Shown here piece after piece: positions 38,034 to 48,062 of a DNA stretch of 64,000 nt. This stretch comes from Candidatus Hydrogenedentota bacterium. GTDB taxonomy: Bacteria; Hydrogenedentota; Hydrogenedentia; Hydrogenedentales; CAITNO01. Where the stretch lies: contig JAKJCY010000001.1 of the NCBI GenBank assembly GCA_022706235.1, forward strand, positions 19,592 through 83,591. The letters are read 5' to 3'. A model generated the notes under the pieces. That model saw nothing but the letters and a program-made list of their open reading frames with translations. It was not told where the DNA came from and searched no databases. Made by a program: the position numbers and the translations under genes. Positions within the stretch are counted from its first letter, which is position 1; each line of letters starts with the position of its first letter.

Positions 38034-38981
38034 ATGTATTCCTCTTTGCTTAAATTAATGCTGTTCACTTCTCTAGGGGCGTTCTGTTGCTTCGCTGTCG
38101 CAGAAGAAACACATGCGGACGACACCCCCTCTCCCCTGGCACGTCTGAATGAACACCTGTACGACCGGGAAACCTTTGAACGCAAGGTGCGGGCCCTGGA
38201 CAAATTGTATACGACCATAGCACACATGAAGATGGAGGAAGCCCGGTCGCTGAAGGAGCGTGGCGATGCGGAAGGTGTCAGGATTGCGCTGGGAGAGGCA
38301 GGCCGTCACCTGGCGGAGGTAAAAGAAGCTTATGTTTTAGGACTGGCTCATTTCGGTGAAAGCGCCTTGCTCCACACGTTTTATGGGGAATTGCTGCATG
38401 ATCATTTGGGGCAAGAGCATGAGGCGGTTAAACACTGGGAAGAGGCGGTCAGGCTGGATAAAGCCTATGGAAGGGCACAAAACAATTTGGGTATGTATTA
38501 TCTTCACGTCGGCAGGTATGACGAGGGCCTCGTGTGCATGGATGCCGCTCTTGCGGCGGAGCCCGGGAATCCGGACTGGTGGTTTAACATGGTACAGGTA
38601 TACCTGACCAACTTCACGCAGATCATGAAAATACGGGGCTGGGACCGTGCCAAAGTCTATGAGGAAGCCATGCGAATGTCAGAGCGGGCGCTGGCGCTCA
38701 GCCCGTCCGACTATCAATTGTTGTATGACCATGCCTTGAACCATTTCCTTGCGGACAGGTTTGGCGTTCCGCCCGACTGGGAGCGTGCCGCCCGGGCATG
38801 GCAAGAGGCCGTCAAACGGGCACACAATGATTCTCAGCGCTTTGAATGTACGTTGAATGAAGCCCGCGTGCATCTTCGCGCCGGCAATTCCGGGCCTGCG
38901 CGGGTGTGTTTGGAACAGGCGCGGGCCTTGGCGCCGGACAGCCCGGTGGTGCGGCAGTTGCTGAATGAATTAAAAGATTAG
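38034..38981 (+). CDS. secreted TPR-repeat protein
   Basis: Signal peptide MLFTSLGAFCCFAVAEE, plus repeated A..W..A...D..Y..A..NLG TPR-like units. Confidence 0.65.
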   Translation: MYSSLLKLMLFTSLGAFCCFAVAEETHADDTPSPLARLNEHLYDRETFERKVRALDKLYTTIAHMKMEEARSLKERGDAEGVRIALGEAGRHLAEVKEAYVLGLAHFGESALLHTFYGELLHDHLGQEHEAVKHWEEAVRLDKAYGRAQNNLGMYYLHVGRYDEGLVCMDAALAAEPGNPDWWFNMVQVYLTNFTQIMKIRGWDRAKVYEEAMRMSERALALSPSDYQLLYDHALNHFLADRFGVPPDWERAARAWQEAVKRAHNDSQRFECTLNEARVHLRAGNSGPARVCLEQARALAPDSPVVRQLLNELKD

Positions 38982-38988
38982 GCGGAGT

Positions 38989-39750
38989 ATGACCTATAGC
39001 ATCCAAAGTTATTCCCTTACCAAGATCTATAATGGGCGGACCGTGGTAGACCAGTTGTGCCTGCGTGTGGAACGGGGCGCTTTTTATGGTTTTCTGGGTC
39101 CGAACGGCGCGGGTAAATCCACTACCATTAAGATGTTGACCGGTATTATCGCGCCGACTTCCGGCACTGCTCGTATTCTGGATTTCGACCTCAAACGAAG
39201 TAGTCTGTCCATAAAGCGGCGCATTGGTGTTGTGCCTGAGGATCTGTGTCTTTTCGAAAACCTTACTGCGCCGGAATATCTGGTCTTTATGGGACGCATG
39301 TACGGCCTTCCTCGCCGTGTCGCCTTGCACCGGACGCAGGAATTGCTCGAGGTTATGGGGCTTGACGGGACGAACGGCAAATTGATTCTCGAATTTTCCA
39401 CCGGCATGCGCAAAAAGTTATCCTTATGCGCCGCCATCATACACAACCCGGAAATTTTGTTTCTCGATGAGCCTTTTGAAGGGGTGGATGCCATCGCTTC
39501 CCGTATTATACGGGAGGTCCTTGAACAGGCGAGGAAACGGGGCGCCACCGTATTTCTGACCTCCCATATTTTGGAGGTCGTGGAGCGCCTTTGTTCCCAT
39601 GTAAGCATCATCCATGAAGGAAAACTGCTGAGCCAGGGAACCCTTGAGGATCTTGCGAAAGGGGGACGTCTGGATGAGGCGTTTCTCCGGCTCGTTGATT
39701 CCGGAAAAGCGAAGGAAACCGCTTTGTCCTGGCTGGAGGCCAAGAACTGA
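38989..39750 (+). CDS. ABC transporter ATP-binding protein
   Basis: Walker A GPNGAGKST, signature-like STGMRKKLSL, Walker B ILFLDEPF. Confidence 0.85.
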   Translation: MTYSIQSYSLTKIYNGRTVVDQLCLRVERGAFYGFLGPNGAGKSTTIKMLTGIIAPTSGTARILDFDLKRSSLSIKRRIGVVPEDLCLFENLTAPEYLVFMGRMYGLPRRVALHRTQELLEVMGLDGTNGKLILEFSTGMRKKLSLCAAIIHNPEILFLDEPFEGVDAIASRIIREVLEQARKRGATVFLTSHILEVVERLCSHVSIIHEGKLLSQGTLEDLAKGGRLDEAFLRLVDSGKAKETALSWLEAKN

Positions 39751-41450
39751 TGGCGGCACAATGCTGGGCGTTATTCCTCCTCAAGTGGACTATGATACGG
39801 CGCGGCCTGGGTAAAGAGCATTTTTTCAGTTATCTGATCCTGGCGGTTCTTTTTTTAGGGGGGCTGTTCATCTCCCTTGTCGCAACCTTTGGCCTCTATG
39901 CGCTGGCACGCCGTACCGGGCAGCATCCATCGCCATTAACACTGTTGGTGCTGCTGGATGGGATCGTGCTTCTATATTGTTTTTTCTATGCCTGGGGAAT
40001 TCTGATGGAGATTCAGCGCACAGACCTTCTTGATTTTAAGAAGATGCTTCAGCTTCCCATATCCATGCCCGCCGTCTATCTGATGAATTTTCTGGTGTCC
40101 CTTTTCGGTCCCTTGCTGCTTTTTTCAATTCCCCCATTACTGGGATTGTTGTCTGGCCTGTATCCGTTTTACGGTTCCAGGGTATTTTTCGCAGGGATTC
40201 CCATGGCAGGTCTTCTGGTGCTGCTGCTGGGTGCATGGTCCTATTATCTTCGCGGGCGCCTGGCTATCCTGATGGAAAATCCCCGAAGAAGGCGTTTTGT
40301 CTTCATGCTGGTGCCCATGGGCTTTATTCTGCTCGCCCAACTTCCCGCAGTGATTACCCACATTGCGGCCAAAACAGGTTCCGGCCTGGGGCCGGCCCGC
40401 CTTCTTGAAACACTGCAACCGTATCTTATTCGAGGCAATCAGGTGGTTCCGCTTTTGTGGCCCGCCTATGGCCTATGGACGGGTATATCCGGAGCGGGGT
40501 TCGCTATGTTCTTTCTTTGCGCGGCTGGTTTGTGGTTGGCTGCGCTAATTGGGCTGCGGTTCGGTTATGTCACCACACTGCGTCACTATATGGGCATGTA
40601 CACTACAACTTCCGGCAAAGCCTTGCCGTCGGCCAGAAACCCTATTTCAATGCCCGTTACGGGACGGGGATTTCCCTTTGTTGATGAGGATACGGCTGCC
40701 CTTATCTATGCGTTTTACAAATCGTTTACCCGCCACCCTCATGTGCGGATGCTTATAATCATGCCGCTTTGCTTCGGTTTGTTTGTTTTGTTTATGCAAC
40801 GCAGCGGCGCATATGGTAATGTCGGAAGCCGGGAGCAGGACTGGATACCCATGGCGGCCCTGGTTTGGCCCTTTGTCAATTTCTCTTTCTTCATGTTTAA
40901 TATTTTTGGTATCGATGCCCAATCGTTCCAGGTACTTCAATTATCCCCCCTGCCCCGATACAAATATCTGCTGGCCAAAAACATGGCGATCGCTCCTGTT
41001 GTTCTCGGGTTGGTTGTCTTGTTCGTCGCCGTCAGTGCCCTGTTAACGCATGCTTCAGGGAAAACCTTGTTTATTTCGTTCCTGCTTGCCATACACCTTT
41101 TTTTGGTCTTTTGCACCGCCGGAAATCTTCTGTCTATTAAATTTCCCCGTCGGCTTCATCGCGACGCGTTGCGCATTCCCGAGCGCAGGCTGCGTATGTT
41201 GACGACCTCGGTGCTTACCATGTTTGTTTCCGTTATTTTAGTTGCACCTGCTGTTATTTGCATGCTTCTTGATCGTTATTCCAGTGCGGTCATCGGCGGA
41301 CCCTATGCCGGATATTTTTCGCTCGCATTGGCTTTGATACTGGCAGGCGGGGGGCTGTTCCTGTACCGGCTCGCTTTGACACATGCCGGCGATTTGCTTA
41401 CCGCAGAGGAAATGCGCATTTATACAAGAATGGTTCATGAACCTGAGTAG
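39750..41450 (+). CDS. putative ABC-2-type permease / multi-pass membrane protein
   Basis: The start overlaps the ATPase stop. There are more than 10 hydrophobic segments and no recognisable motif. Confidence 0.5.
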   Translation: MAAQCWALFLLKWTMIRRGLGKEHFFSYLILAVLFLGGLFISLVATFGLYALARRTGQHPSPLTLLVLLDGIVLLYCFFYAWGILMEIQRTDLLDFKKMLQLPISMPAVYLMNFLVSLFGPLLLFSIPPLLGLLSGLYPFYGSRVFFAGIPMAGLLVLLLGAWSYYLRGRLAILMENPRRRRFVFMLVPMGFILLAQLPAVITHIAAKTGSGLGPARLLETLQPYLIRGNQVVPLLWPAYGLWTGISGAGFAMFFLCAAGLWLAALIGLRFGYVTTLRHYMGMYTTTSGKALPSARNPISMPVTGRGFPFVDEDTAALIYAFYKSFTRHPHVRMLIIMPLCFGLFVLFMQRSGAYGNVGSREQDWIPMAALVWPFVNFSFFMFNIFGIDAQSFQVLQLSPLPRYKYLLAKNMAIAPVVLGLVVLFVAVSALLTHASGKTLFISFLLAIHLFLVFCTAGNLLSIKFPRRLHRDALRIPERRLRMLTTSVLTMFVSVILVAPAVICMLLDRYSSAVIGGPYAGYFSLALALILAGGGLFLYRLALTHAGDLLTAEEMRIYTRMVHEPE

Positions 41451-41566
41451 CGTTCAAATTAACCATAATGTTATAATTAGTTTCAGTGAAGCGTTATGAG
41501 GGTGCACGTCCCCAAAGATGGTTCTTGTGTTTTTGTCATAAGCCGACAAGAGGGAGAGTCCTTTTC

Positions 41567-42157
41567 ATGGCTGTAAGAGTTATCTATCTTGTACGCCACG
41601 GCCAGCATGATCCGGAAAACCCAACCGGTTCCGAGTTGGGCGGCAGTCTCACTCCCTTGGGAATCAAACAATCCGAACTTACCGCTAAAATGTTGGCAAA
41701 AAAACCGGTAAATTCCATTCATTGCAGTTCCTTAAACCGCTCTGAGGAAACCGCGCGCATCATTGCCAACGAAATACCGGGTGTTACCATACAGCCTACG
41801 GATTTGCTGTGGGAATGTATTCCGACCATGACGCCGAAATTACAGGTGGAAATGCCCAATTATACCTTGACCCAGGTGGACCAGGATCGGCAGCGGGCCG
41901 AAGTGGCTTACAGAAAGTATTTCAAAATTGCCAAGCGCAACGATCGCCAAGACGTGATTGTCTGCCACGGCAACCTGATTCGCTATTTTGTAACCCGAAT
42001 TTTAAACGCGGCGCCGGACAGTTGGATGCGCATGGATTTATGCAACTGCGGGATTACACAGGTGTTAATACAACCGGACGGGGACATGGCCTTGTTATGC
42101 CATAATGACTGGTCGCACCTCCCCAAGGAAATGCGCACTTCAACGCTGCGTTCCTAG
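41567..42157 (+). CDS. histidine phosphatase family (phosphoglycerate-mutase-like) protein
   Basis: RHG motif IYLVRHGQH, and a downstream CHGNLIRY. The start is taken at ATG 41567. Confidence 0.7.
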   Translation: MAVRVIYLVRHGQHDPENPTGSELGGSLTPLGIKQSELTAKMLAKKPVNSIHCSSLNRSEETARIIANEIPGVTIQPTDLLWECIPTMTPKLQVEMPNYTLTQVDQDRQRAEVAYRKYFKIAKRNDRQDVIVCHGNLIRYFVTRILNAAPDSWMRMDLCNCGITQVLIQPDGDMALLCHNDWSHLPKEMRTSTLRS

Positions 42158-42342
42158 CCTTTCTCCCCCGCTATCCGTTTGACGCGCCCCCGCGCTCTTT
42201 TGAAACAGCGCTTTTGTATCCATGTAATCGTGTATCGATGTGCGCTTCGATAAAAAACAGCCTGATGAACCCCGCAAAAAAGGTCATTTTCACCACCCTG
42301 CGGCATGGCCCCGCCCGGTTGACAGCCAGTTGGATAAACCCG

Positions 42343-42702
42343 TTATTCCAGTGTGCCTTTTCTTTGCCGCCTGCGCCTGCGGGCCTTCTGTTTCTTGACC
42401 TTGGCCGCCTTCTTGGCTTCGGCACTCGCCCCGCCCAGTAAGTCCTTCTCTATAAGTTCGCAGAGACGCCTTCGCGCATAAAAACGGTTCAGCGCCTGTG
42501 ACCGGGCGCGCTGCATTTTGACGGCGCGGCCGCTGGGCAGGTGTACGAGCGCCACACAGGTTTCACTTCGATTCACCTTCTGCCCGCCCGGGCCGCCGCT
42601 GCGAATGAAACTTTCTTTCAAGTCCTCGTCACGGATGCCGCACTGGGCCATGCGCTCTTCCAGCGCCTGCATCTTTTCCGGGGTTACGCCAAAGTTTTGC
42701 AC
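42343..42702 (-). CDS. arfB: RF-1-domain peptidyl-tRNA hydrolase, ArfB-like
   Basis: GGQ motif SGGPGGQKVNRSET and a basic C-terminal tail KKAAKVKKQKARRRRRQRK. Confidence 0.7.
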   Translation of the reverse strand: MQNFGVTPEKMQALEERMAQCGIRDEDLKESFIRSGGPGGQKVNRSETCVALVHLPSGRAVKMQRARSQALNRFYARRRLCELIEKDLLGGASAEAKKAAKVKKQKARRRRRQRKGTLE

Positions 42703-42738
42703 GAATCAGCCTTCCGCCGCGTATATGCTTTTCCGCTA

Positions 42739-43479
42739 CTATCCCGCCGCCTGCCCCCCGAAATAATAACACCTGTTATTGGACGTTTCCTGGATGCCGA
42801 CGACAATCGGTTCCGCGCCGTTTGCGTTGAGATAGTCCCAGACCCAAATCGCGATACGCTCCGCCGTCGCCTGTTCCAACCCGGGCAACCGGTTGAGATG
42901 TCGCCCGTTCAGGCGGTTATACAATGCGTTGCCGATAGAGGGCAGTGCCTTCTCGTCCTGACACGCCATCTCCAGTTGATAGGTATGTCCATGTAATTCG
43001 CGGCAGGGATGGCCGGCCGGCAACTGGGGCAGGGACTGGGCCGCGGAAAAGGCGAAGGAGAAACGTTCCGGCAGTCCCGCCCGGATGTCCGCCTCCAGGC
43101 GCCGCAGGCAAAAAGAATCCGGCGCCACCGGATATACCCGTACACCGGCGAACCAGGCGGGCAGGGGATTAAGTTGACGGTAGATCCATGCCTCCAGCGC
43201 CTCCGCGGAGGAATCGTCTTCAAGGCCCGGAAGATCGCTCAGGCAATGGTGGTCCAGCATCCTGTATACAGGATCGAAGAAGGCTTTGAGGTCCGCATAG
43301 TCGACTACCCAGCCCAGGGTGTCCGAAACAGGGCCTTCGGCGACCAGGTCAACGCGATAACTGCTGCCCGTATAAAATTCAAAACCCGCTTTCTCATCCT
43401 TCAGCCTTCTGGCAACTTCTATATAAACCGTTTTAATGATTTGCGCTTTCATCCAATTCATTTCCGTTTGTCCAGACAC
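42739..43479 (-). CDS. 6-carboxytetrahydropterin / 6-pyruvoyl-tetrahydropterin synthase-like protein with a duplicated T-fold
   Basis: The C-terminal half has HPCRELHGHTYQLE, the QueD/PTPS zinc motif. The N-terminal half is PTPS-like but lacks HGH. Confidence 0.6.
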   Translation of the reverse strand: MSGQTEMNWMKAQIIKTVYIEVARRLKDEKAGFEFYTGSSYRVDLVAEGPVSDTLGWVVDYADLKAFFDPVYRMLDHHCLSDLPGLEDDSSAEALEAWIYRQLNPLPAWFAGVRVYPVAPDSFCLRRLEADIRAGLPERFSFAFSAAQSLPQLPAGHPCRELHGHTYQLEMACQDEKALPSIGNALYNRLNGRHLNRLPGLEQATAERIAIWVWDYLNANGAEPIVVGIQETSNNRCYYFGGQAAG

Positions 43480-43584
43480 TCATTCTCATTCCGCTGCGTG
43501 CCCCCGTGGCCCGCGAAAAGTTTATCTTCCCCCGGGAAAATGAGTATAGTAGAATGACGGTTGTAAAACAAGGAGATATGCTGC

Positions 43585-44037
43585 GTGTCCACAAATCAGG
43601 TCCTTAGTATCGTACTCATCGTGCTATGCCTGACCCTTCTTATCACTTTGGTGGCCAAGAGGGTGGCAACCGGTACTGCCCCGGAAACTGGGGTCGCACC
43701 GCCTCCTGTGCGTTTACCGGAAGGCGAAATTCCAGAACCTGTTCCAGAACGGGAATCCATTTCAGAGGAGACAATCGAAAAACTGTACCTGGGTTATACT
43801 TACGAAGAACTGGAAGACCGTTTCGGTGTGCCTGCGGATGAGCGGAAAAGCGAATATCATCGTGACGCGACAGGATATACCGCACCCCATACCATTGTCT
43901 GGTATACTTGGGCAAATCCGGATAGTACGGTCGTTCGGCTGGGTTTTATCAACAATAAACTGGAGCGGAAACAGTTCATCCGCAAAGATGGTATTGTTAT
44001 CAGCAACGAGGTCAAACTGGACGACTTGGAACAATAG
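43585..44037 (+). CDS. membrane-anchored hypothetical protein (BamE/DUF3862-like C-terminal domain?)
   Basis: GTG start 9 nt after AGGAG. One TM segment. LGYTYEELEDRFGVP...YTWANPDSTVVRLGFINNKL resembles small BLIP/SmpA-like domains. Confidence 0.45.
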   Translation: MSTNQVLSIVLIVLCLTLLITLVAKRVATGTAPETGVAPPPVRLPEGEIPEPVPERESISEETIEKLYLGYTYEELEDRFGVPADERKSEYHRDATGYTAPHTIVWYTWANPDSTVVRLGFINNKLERKQFIRKDGIVISNEVKLDDLEQ

Positions 44038-44254
44038 CACGGGCAACTACAGGCCTGTACGCGTCACAGGCATTGTTTCTATTCTCTTAACAGATTGGAA
44101 TACAGACGTTTATTACCAAAAATGCTTTAAAACTTCTTCTTTCTGTCTTCAGATACGAGATTTTATGACGTAACGCGTTGGTTGATACTGCCCGAGTGGG
44201 TATTTTACCGGGTAGTATGCCTTGATCTGATGCAACTGCGAGATACGGTATTCC

Positions 44255-44950
44255 ATGAAAACCAAAAATACGAACCCTGATGGAGGATATCCGGCCGTGC
44301 GATACTGGAGCGTGTTAGGTGTGGCGGTTCTTTTATTCTTCAGCGGCTGTGAACAGCTCCTTAGAGAAGAACCTCCTCTGGCCAAGCCAGAAAAAGAGCA
44401 GACCAAGGAAGAGATACTGGCTGAAGTCAGGCCGTTCCTCGCCCCCATACAAACCACGCTGGCGGGCGGGGCCGTTATTTCGGATATCGAACGCTATACC
44501 ATGTTGTCCAATCTGCGTGACGCCGTGATGCGCCATGGCGATAAACCCGCAGCCCGCGAGGCGTTTCAGGAACTAGGCTGGGAAGCACAGGGCATGGCCA
44601 GGCAAGCCGCGGACATGGAGCGGTACCGGCTTGTGCTGATATGCATCGATGTGGCGGAACTGCTGGCCACGGAAAGTGTTCTCCTGAAACGCCTGGGCGC
44701 AAGGGCCGATATTATGCTCGACATGCCCACGGTCCGCGTAAAGGGCTTCCTTGACGATGTGGAAAAGAAGCAGACCCATATTTTTATAGAACTTTTTAAC
44801 CGACGGACCGGAGAAGTCGATAAACTGCAGGCGCGGGAAGGCGAGGAATTTAATAATCTGCGCCTGGTGCGTATCATCGGTGGAAACCAGGCTGTACTCT
44901 TTGAATATCTGAAAATGCCCGGACTCTTCTTCGAGGTGGAGGCCTTTTGA
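44255..44950 (+). CDS. hypothetical lipoprotein
   Basis: Lipobox-like LLFFSGC. I recognised no family. Confidence 0.45.
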   Translation: MKTKNTNPDGGYPAVRYWSVLGVAVLLFFSGCEQLLREEPPLAKPEKEQTKEEILAEVRPFLAPIQTTLAGGAVISDIERYTMLSNLRDAVMRHGDKPAAREAFQELGWEAQGMARQAADMERYRLVLICIDVAELLATESVLLKRLGARADIMLDMPTVRVKGFLDDVEKKQTHIFIELFNRRTGEVDKLQAREGEEFNNLRLVRIIGGNQAVLFEYLKMPGLFFEVEAF

Positions 44951-44967
44951 GGAAGCCCCTGCGCCGG

Positions 44968-46239
44968 TTACCGCAATTCCAGGGCGGCCACGGTTTCCAC
45001 GTGCGGTGTATGGGGAAACATATCCACCGCCTCCACCGAAACTACGGCGTAGGCCTCGCTAAAAACGGCGAGGTCTTCCAGCAGTTTTTGGGGATTGCAG
45101 GATACATAGAGGATGTGCGCCGGGCGCATTTCCAGCAGACGCTTTAAGACCTTGGGATGCATGCCCCCCCTGGGTGGGTCCACAATCACGGCGCTTCCGG
45201 GAGGCAATCCGCCGGATTTCGCCTGGTTACTTAAAAATTCGCGTACCGTCGCCGTGACAAAGGACACATTCGAAATGCCGTTCTGCGCCGCATTGAACCT
45301 GCCGTCCTCGGAAGCCTCCGGAACCGACTCGACGCTGATTACCGTTTCGGCATACTGCGCGCAGCAGAACGCGATTCCGCCGGCGCCTCCGTATAAGTCG
45401 TAAAGGCTGCCCGGACGTATCCGACACACCCAGTCACGAACAAGGCGGTATAGCCGTTCCGCTGCGAGGGGATTGGTTTGAAAGAAACTCAACGGCGAAA
45501 TGCGAAACCTCAATTCCTGAACCTTACGCTGGTCCTGCCGGATAAAGTGGGCCGGGGTCGCGGATATCAAATTTTCTTCACCGCCTTCCCCCGCCCCGGA
45601 CACGTGCAGCGTTTCCGTAATCCAGGGGACACCGTGCAGTAGCGTCAGTTTTTCCGCCGTCGCCACCTCCGCCCTTCTTGAAAATTCGCCATGAAAAATG
45701 CTGTCCGCGGGAAACTGCTCCTGAACGGCCGCCACAAAAGCGTCGGCATCCGGCAATGCGCCGGGGGCGGTGATTATTACCACCATGCGTTCCCCCGAAC
45801 GTTTACCGTCGCGTACCAGCAAGTTCCGGAGATACCCCTTGCCTTTCCGCGTGTCATAGGCGGTTAATCCGCTCTGAATCCTCCAGCGGCGCAGTGACTC
45901 CAGCAGCCCCCTGACACCTTCCGGGCCGATAAAACAGTCTGCAATGTCCACGGTCCAACGCCAGCGGCCCCGCTCTTTGAACCCCAGAATACTTTCGCGT
46001 ACAAAATCCGCAGGCGGCGGTTCGGGATATCGTTTTAACGCAAATCCGGGGTCTATTTTATTCCGATAATGGAATAGCACAGGCGACGGAACAATCGGTA
46101 TCGGGTCTGCCCAAAACGTGCAAAGCAGTTTCTCCAGAAATGAAGCCTTGTGCTGTAACTGGATATCATAGGCAATGTCCTGTGATACACAACCGCCGCA
46201 ACTGCCATAATGGGGGCACAATTCCGCTTTTTGAAACAT
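44968..46239 (-). CDS. 23S rRNA (uracil-5)-methyltransferase, RumA/RlmD family
   Basis: Fe-S cysteines CPHYGSCGGC, SAM motif DLYGGAGGIAF, VIVDPPRGG and YVSCNP. Confidence 0.8.
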   Translation of the reverse strand: MFQKAELCPHYGSCGGCVSQDIAYDIQLQHKASFLEKLLCTFWADPIPIVPSPVLFHYRNKIDPGFALKRYPEPPPADFVRESILGFKERGRWRWTVDIADCFIGPEGVRGLLESLRRWRIQSGLTAYDTRKGKGYLRNLLVRDGKRSGERMVVIITAPGALPDADAFVAAVQEQFPADSIFHGEFSRRAEVATAEKLTLLHGVPWITETLHVSGAGEGGEENLISATPAHFIRQDQRKVQELRFRISPLSFFQTNPLAAERLYRLVRDWVCRIRPGSLYDLYGGAGGIAFCCAQYAETVISVESVPEASEDGRFNAAQNGISNVSFVTATVREFLSNQAKSGGLPPGSAVIVDPPRGGMHPKVLKRLLEMRPAHILYVSCNPQKLLEDLAVFSEAYAVVSVEAVDMFPHTPHVETVAALELR

Positions 46240-46311
46240 GGAAAATTTCTTTATTCAGTAAGTAAGCAAGGCTGACACCATAAGTGGGGAATTGTCATCA
46301 GAAACAATGCC

Positions 46312-48009
46312 CTATTCGAAACGCCGCAGACAACTATGAATTTCAAAGAGTACACTCCCGCCGGCGCGATGTATTTCAGTTGCGAATGGCGGCGCCTTTT
46401 GTACAGGCTCTTCAAGTAATAGTAGAAGTATGGGATAGACATTCGCCTCTTCGCACAGAGCATCCTTATCCCTTTTGTCCAAAGCGGCTAAAATAGCTTC
46501 CTGACGTAAAGTCTTGGGTCCACGGTCCACATAAGGGTTGAAATAAAGAAGCATAGGGTTGACCAGTTTGCGGCCCGAAGGAAGTACTGTCTTGATACCC
46601 AAGGTCTCCTCTGGACAAAGAACTGTCGCCTCAGGGGGCATAGTATCCCGTATCCATTCGTACATGGGCACGTGGCGTTCGTAAAGATCATAGTGCGCCG
46701 CACCGGCCGGCGGCAGAAAATCCACCCGGCGCGAATAGGGGTTCGTCAAATAGAGACACAGGCCGGCGATGATAACCAAGGCGCCTGCACAACACGTTTC
46801 CATGCATAAACACTTGTTACAGGATAGTTTCAGGCGAAGAGCCAGGAAAGCAAGAAACCGGTAAGACCATTTGCCCGCAAAGACGATTCCCGTTCCGAAA
46901 AGAACGGTACGGACCGCTGCCAGATGAATCACGGCATGATGACCGGGAACAATGGACGGAATGACAATACCGTTCAGTCGCAACGCTTGCCAGGCATAGT
47001 GTTGCACCATTAAAGCCATTACCACGAGGCTCCAACAGGCCAATGCTCTGACTTCCAACCGGCGCCATTGGAAACAGAGTCCGGCAGCCCCGAAAAGGGC
47101 AATCAAATTCCTCATGCTGAGAAGTGTCCAAATTTGTTCTGGCAGTTTTTGCAGTTCAACGTTTTGAGACGCATACAGGGAAGGCCAGGGATTGAGGACA
47201 TGGAACTGATACCGCCAAAGAATGGGGCCCGTAAAAGGCAGGCTGATGAAGAAGGCGATACCCAAACTCAGCAACAGGTGAAAAACCAGGCGACGCGCCT
47301 CTTGGCGGTTATCTTTTTGTCTTGCCATACGGCATGTTTCCATGCCGGTCAGTAGAACCATGGAACCTCCGGCAATGACAGCCGGCGCGGTATGTCCAAG
47401 AAAGGTAAGACCAAGTAGCAGTCCTGCTGCAATAAAAACGCCCGAGGTCTTCTTTTCCAAGGCCTTTTTGAAAGTGGCCAAGGTCAAAAACAACAGGCCG
47501 GCGGAATAGGCGGGAGCCAACAGCCAGGGAGAATAGGCGCATGTCCAAGTAGAAGGGGATGTTCCATCTTTACCGAACAAATATAGGCAAAGCCCCGCCA
47601 CCGCGGCACCCTGCCCGAACCAGAGAGCCGTGAGCAAGTAAAATGCAGCAGGCGCAAGAAGATTGATATACGGGCCGGAAACAACCGCAAGCCGCATCAG
47701 GGACTGTTCATTAAACTTCCTGAGAACGGCAAGGAGCGCCCCCGTCAACGGATTATACCAGGAGATTTCTCCGGCAAGGCTTGGATCTTCCGGATACCTT
47801 CCTTCTTCCAGGGATTGGGCTATGCCGATATCGCGCAATACATCCCATTCGCGGGGCATTTGGCAGGGCGCCACCGTGGAACAGGCCCGGCTCAGTGACC
47901 ATCCAAGCAAGATAACAGCTATACCCGTGGAAAGCAGAACCTTTAGATAGCTGATGCCTGCGGGCGTGTCTGTGGATTCAGTGAACGTTGACCCTATACA
48001 GAATTTCAC
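46312..48009 (-). CDS. multi-pass membrane protein, possibly a GT-C-type glycosyltransferase
   Basis: More than 10 hydrophobic segments followed by a soluble C-terminal domain. No motif recognised. Confidence 0.4.
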   Translation of the reverse strand: MKFCIGSTFTESTDTPAGISYLKVLLSTGIAVILLGWSLSRACSTVAPCQMPREWDVLRDIGIAQSLEEGRYPEDPSLAGEISWYNPLTGALLAVLRKFNEQSLMRLAVVSGPYINLLAPAAFYLLTALWFGQGAAVAGLCLYLFGKDGTSPSTWTCAYSPWLLAPAYSAGLLFLTLATFKKALEKKTSGVFIAAGLLLGLTFLGHTAPAVIAGGSMVLLTGMETCRMARQKDNRQEARRLVFHLLLSLGIAFFISLPFTGPILWRYQFHVLNPWPSLYASQNVELQKLPEQIWTLLSMRNLIALFGAAGLCFQWRRLEVRALACWSLVVMALMVQHYAWQALRLNGIVIPSIVPGHHAVIHLAAVRTVLFGTGIVFAGKWSYRFLAFLALRLKLSCNKCLCMETCCAGALVIIAGLCLYLTNPYSRRVDFLPPAGAAHYDLYERHVPMYEWIRDTMPPEATVLCPEETLGIKTVLPSGRKLVNPMLLYFNPYVDRGPKTLRQEAILAALDKRDKDALCEEANVYPILLLLLEEPVQKAPPFATEIHRAGGSVLFEIHSCLRRFE

Positions 48010-48062
48010 GATGTGTTTCGACTCCCCCGCGTCCCTTCATGTTTTGTGAATGGTATTTATTT

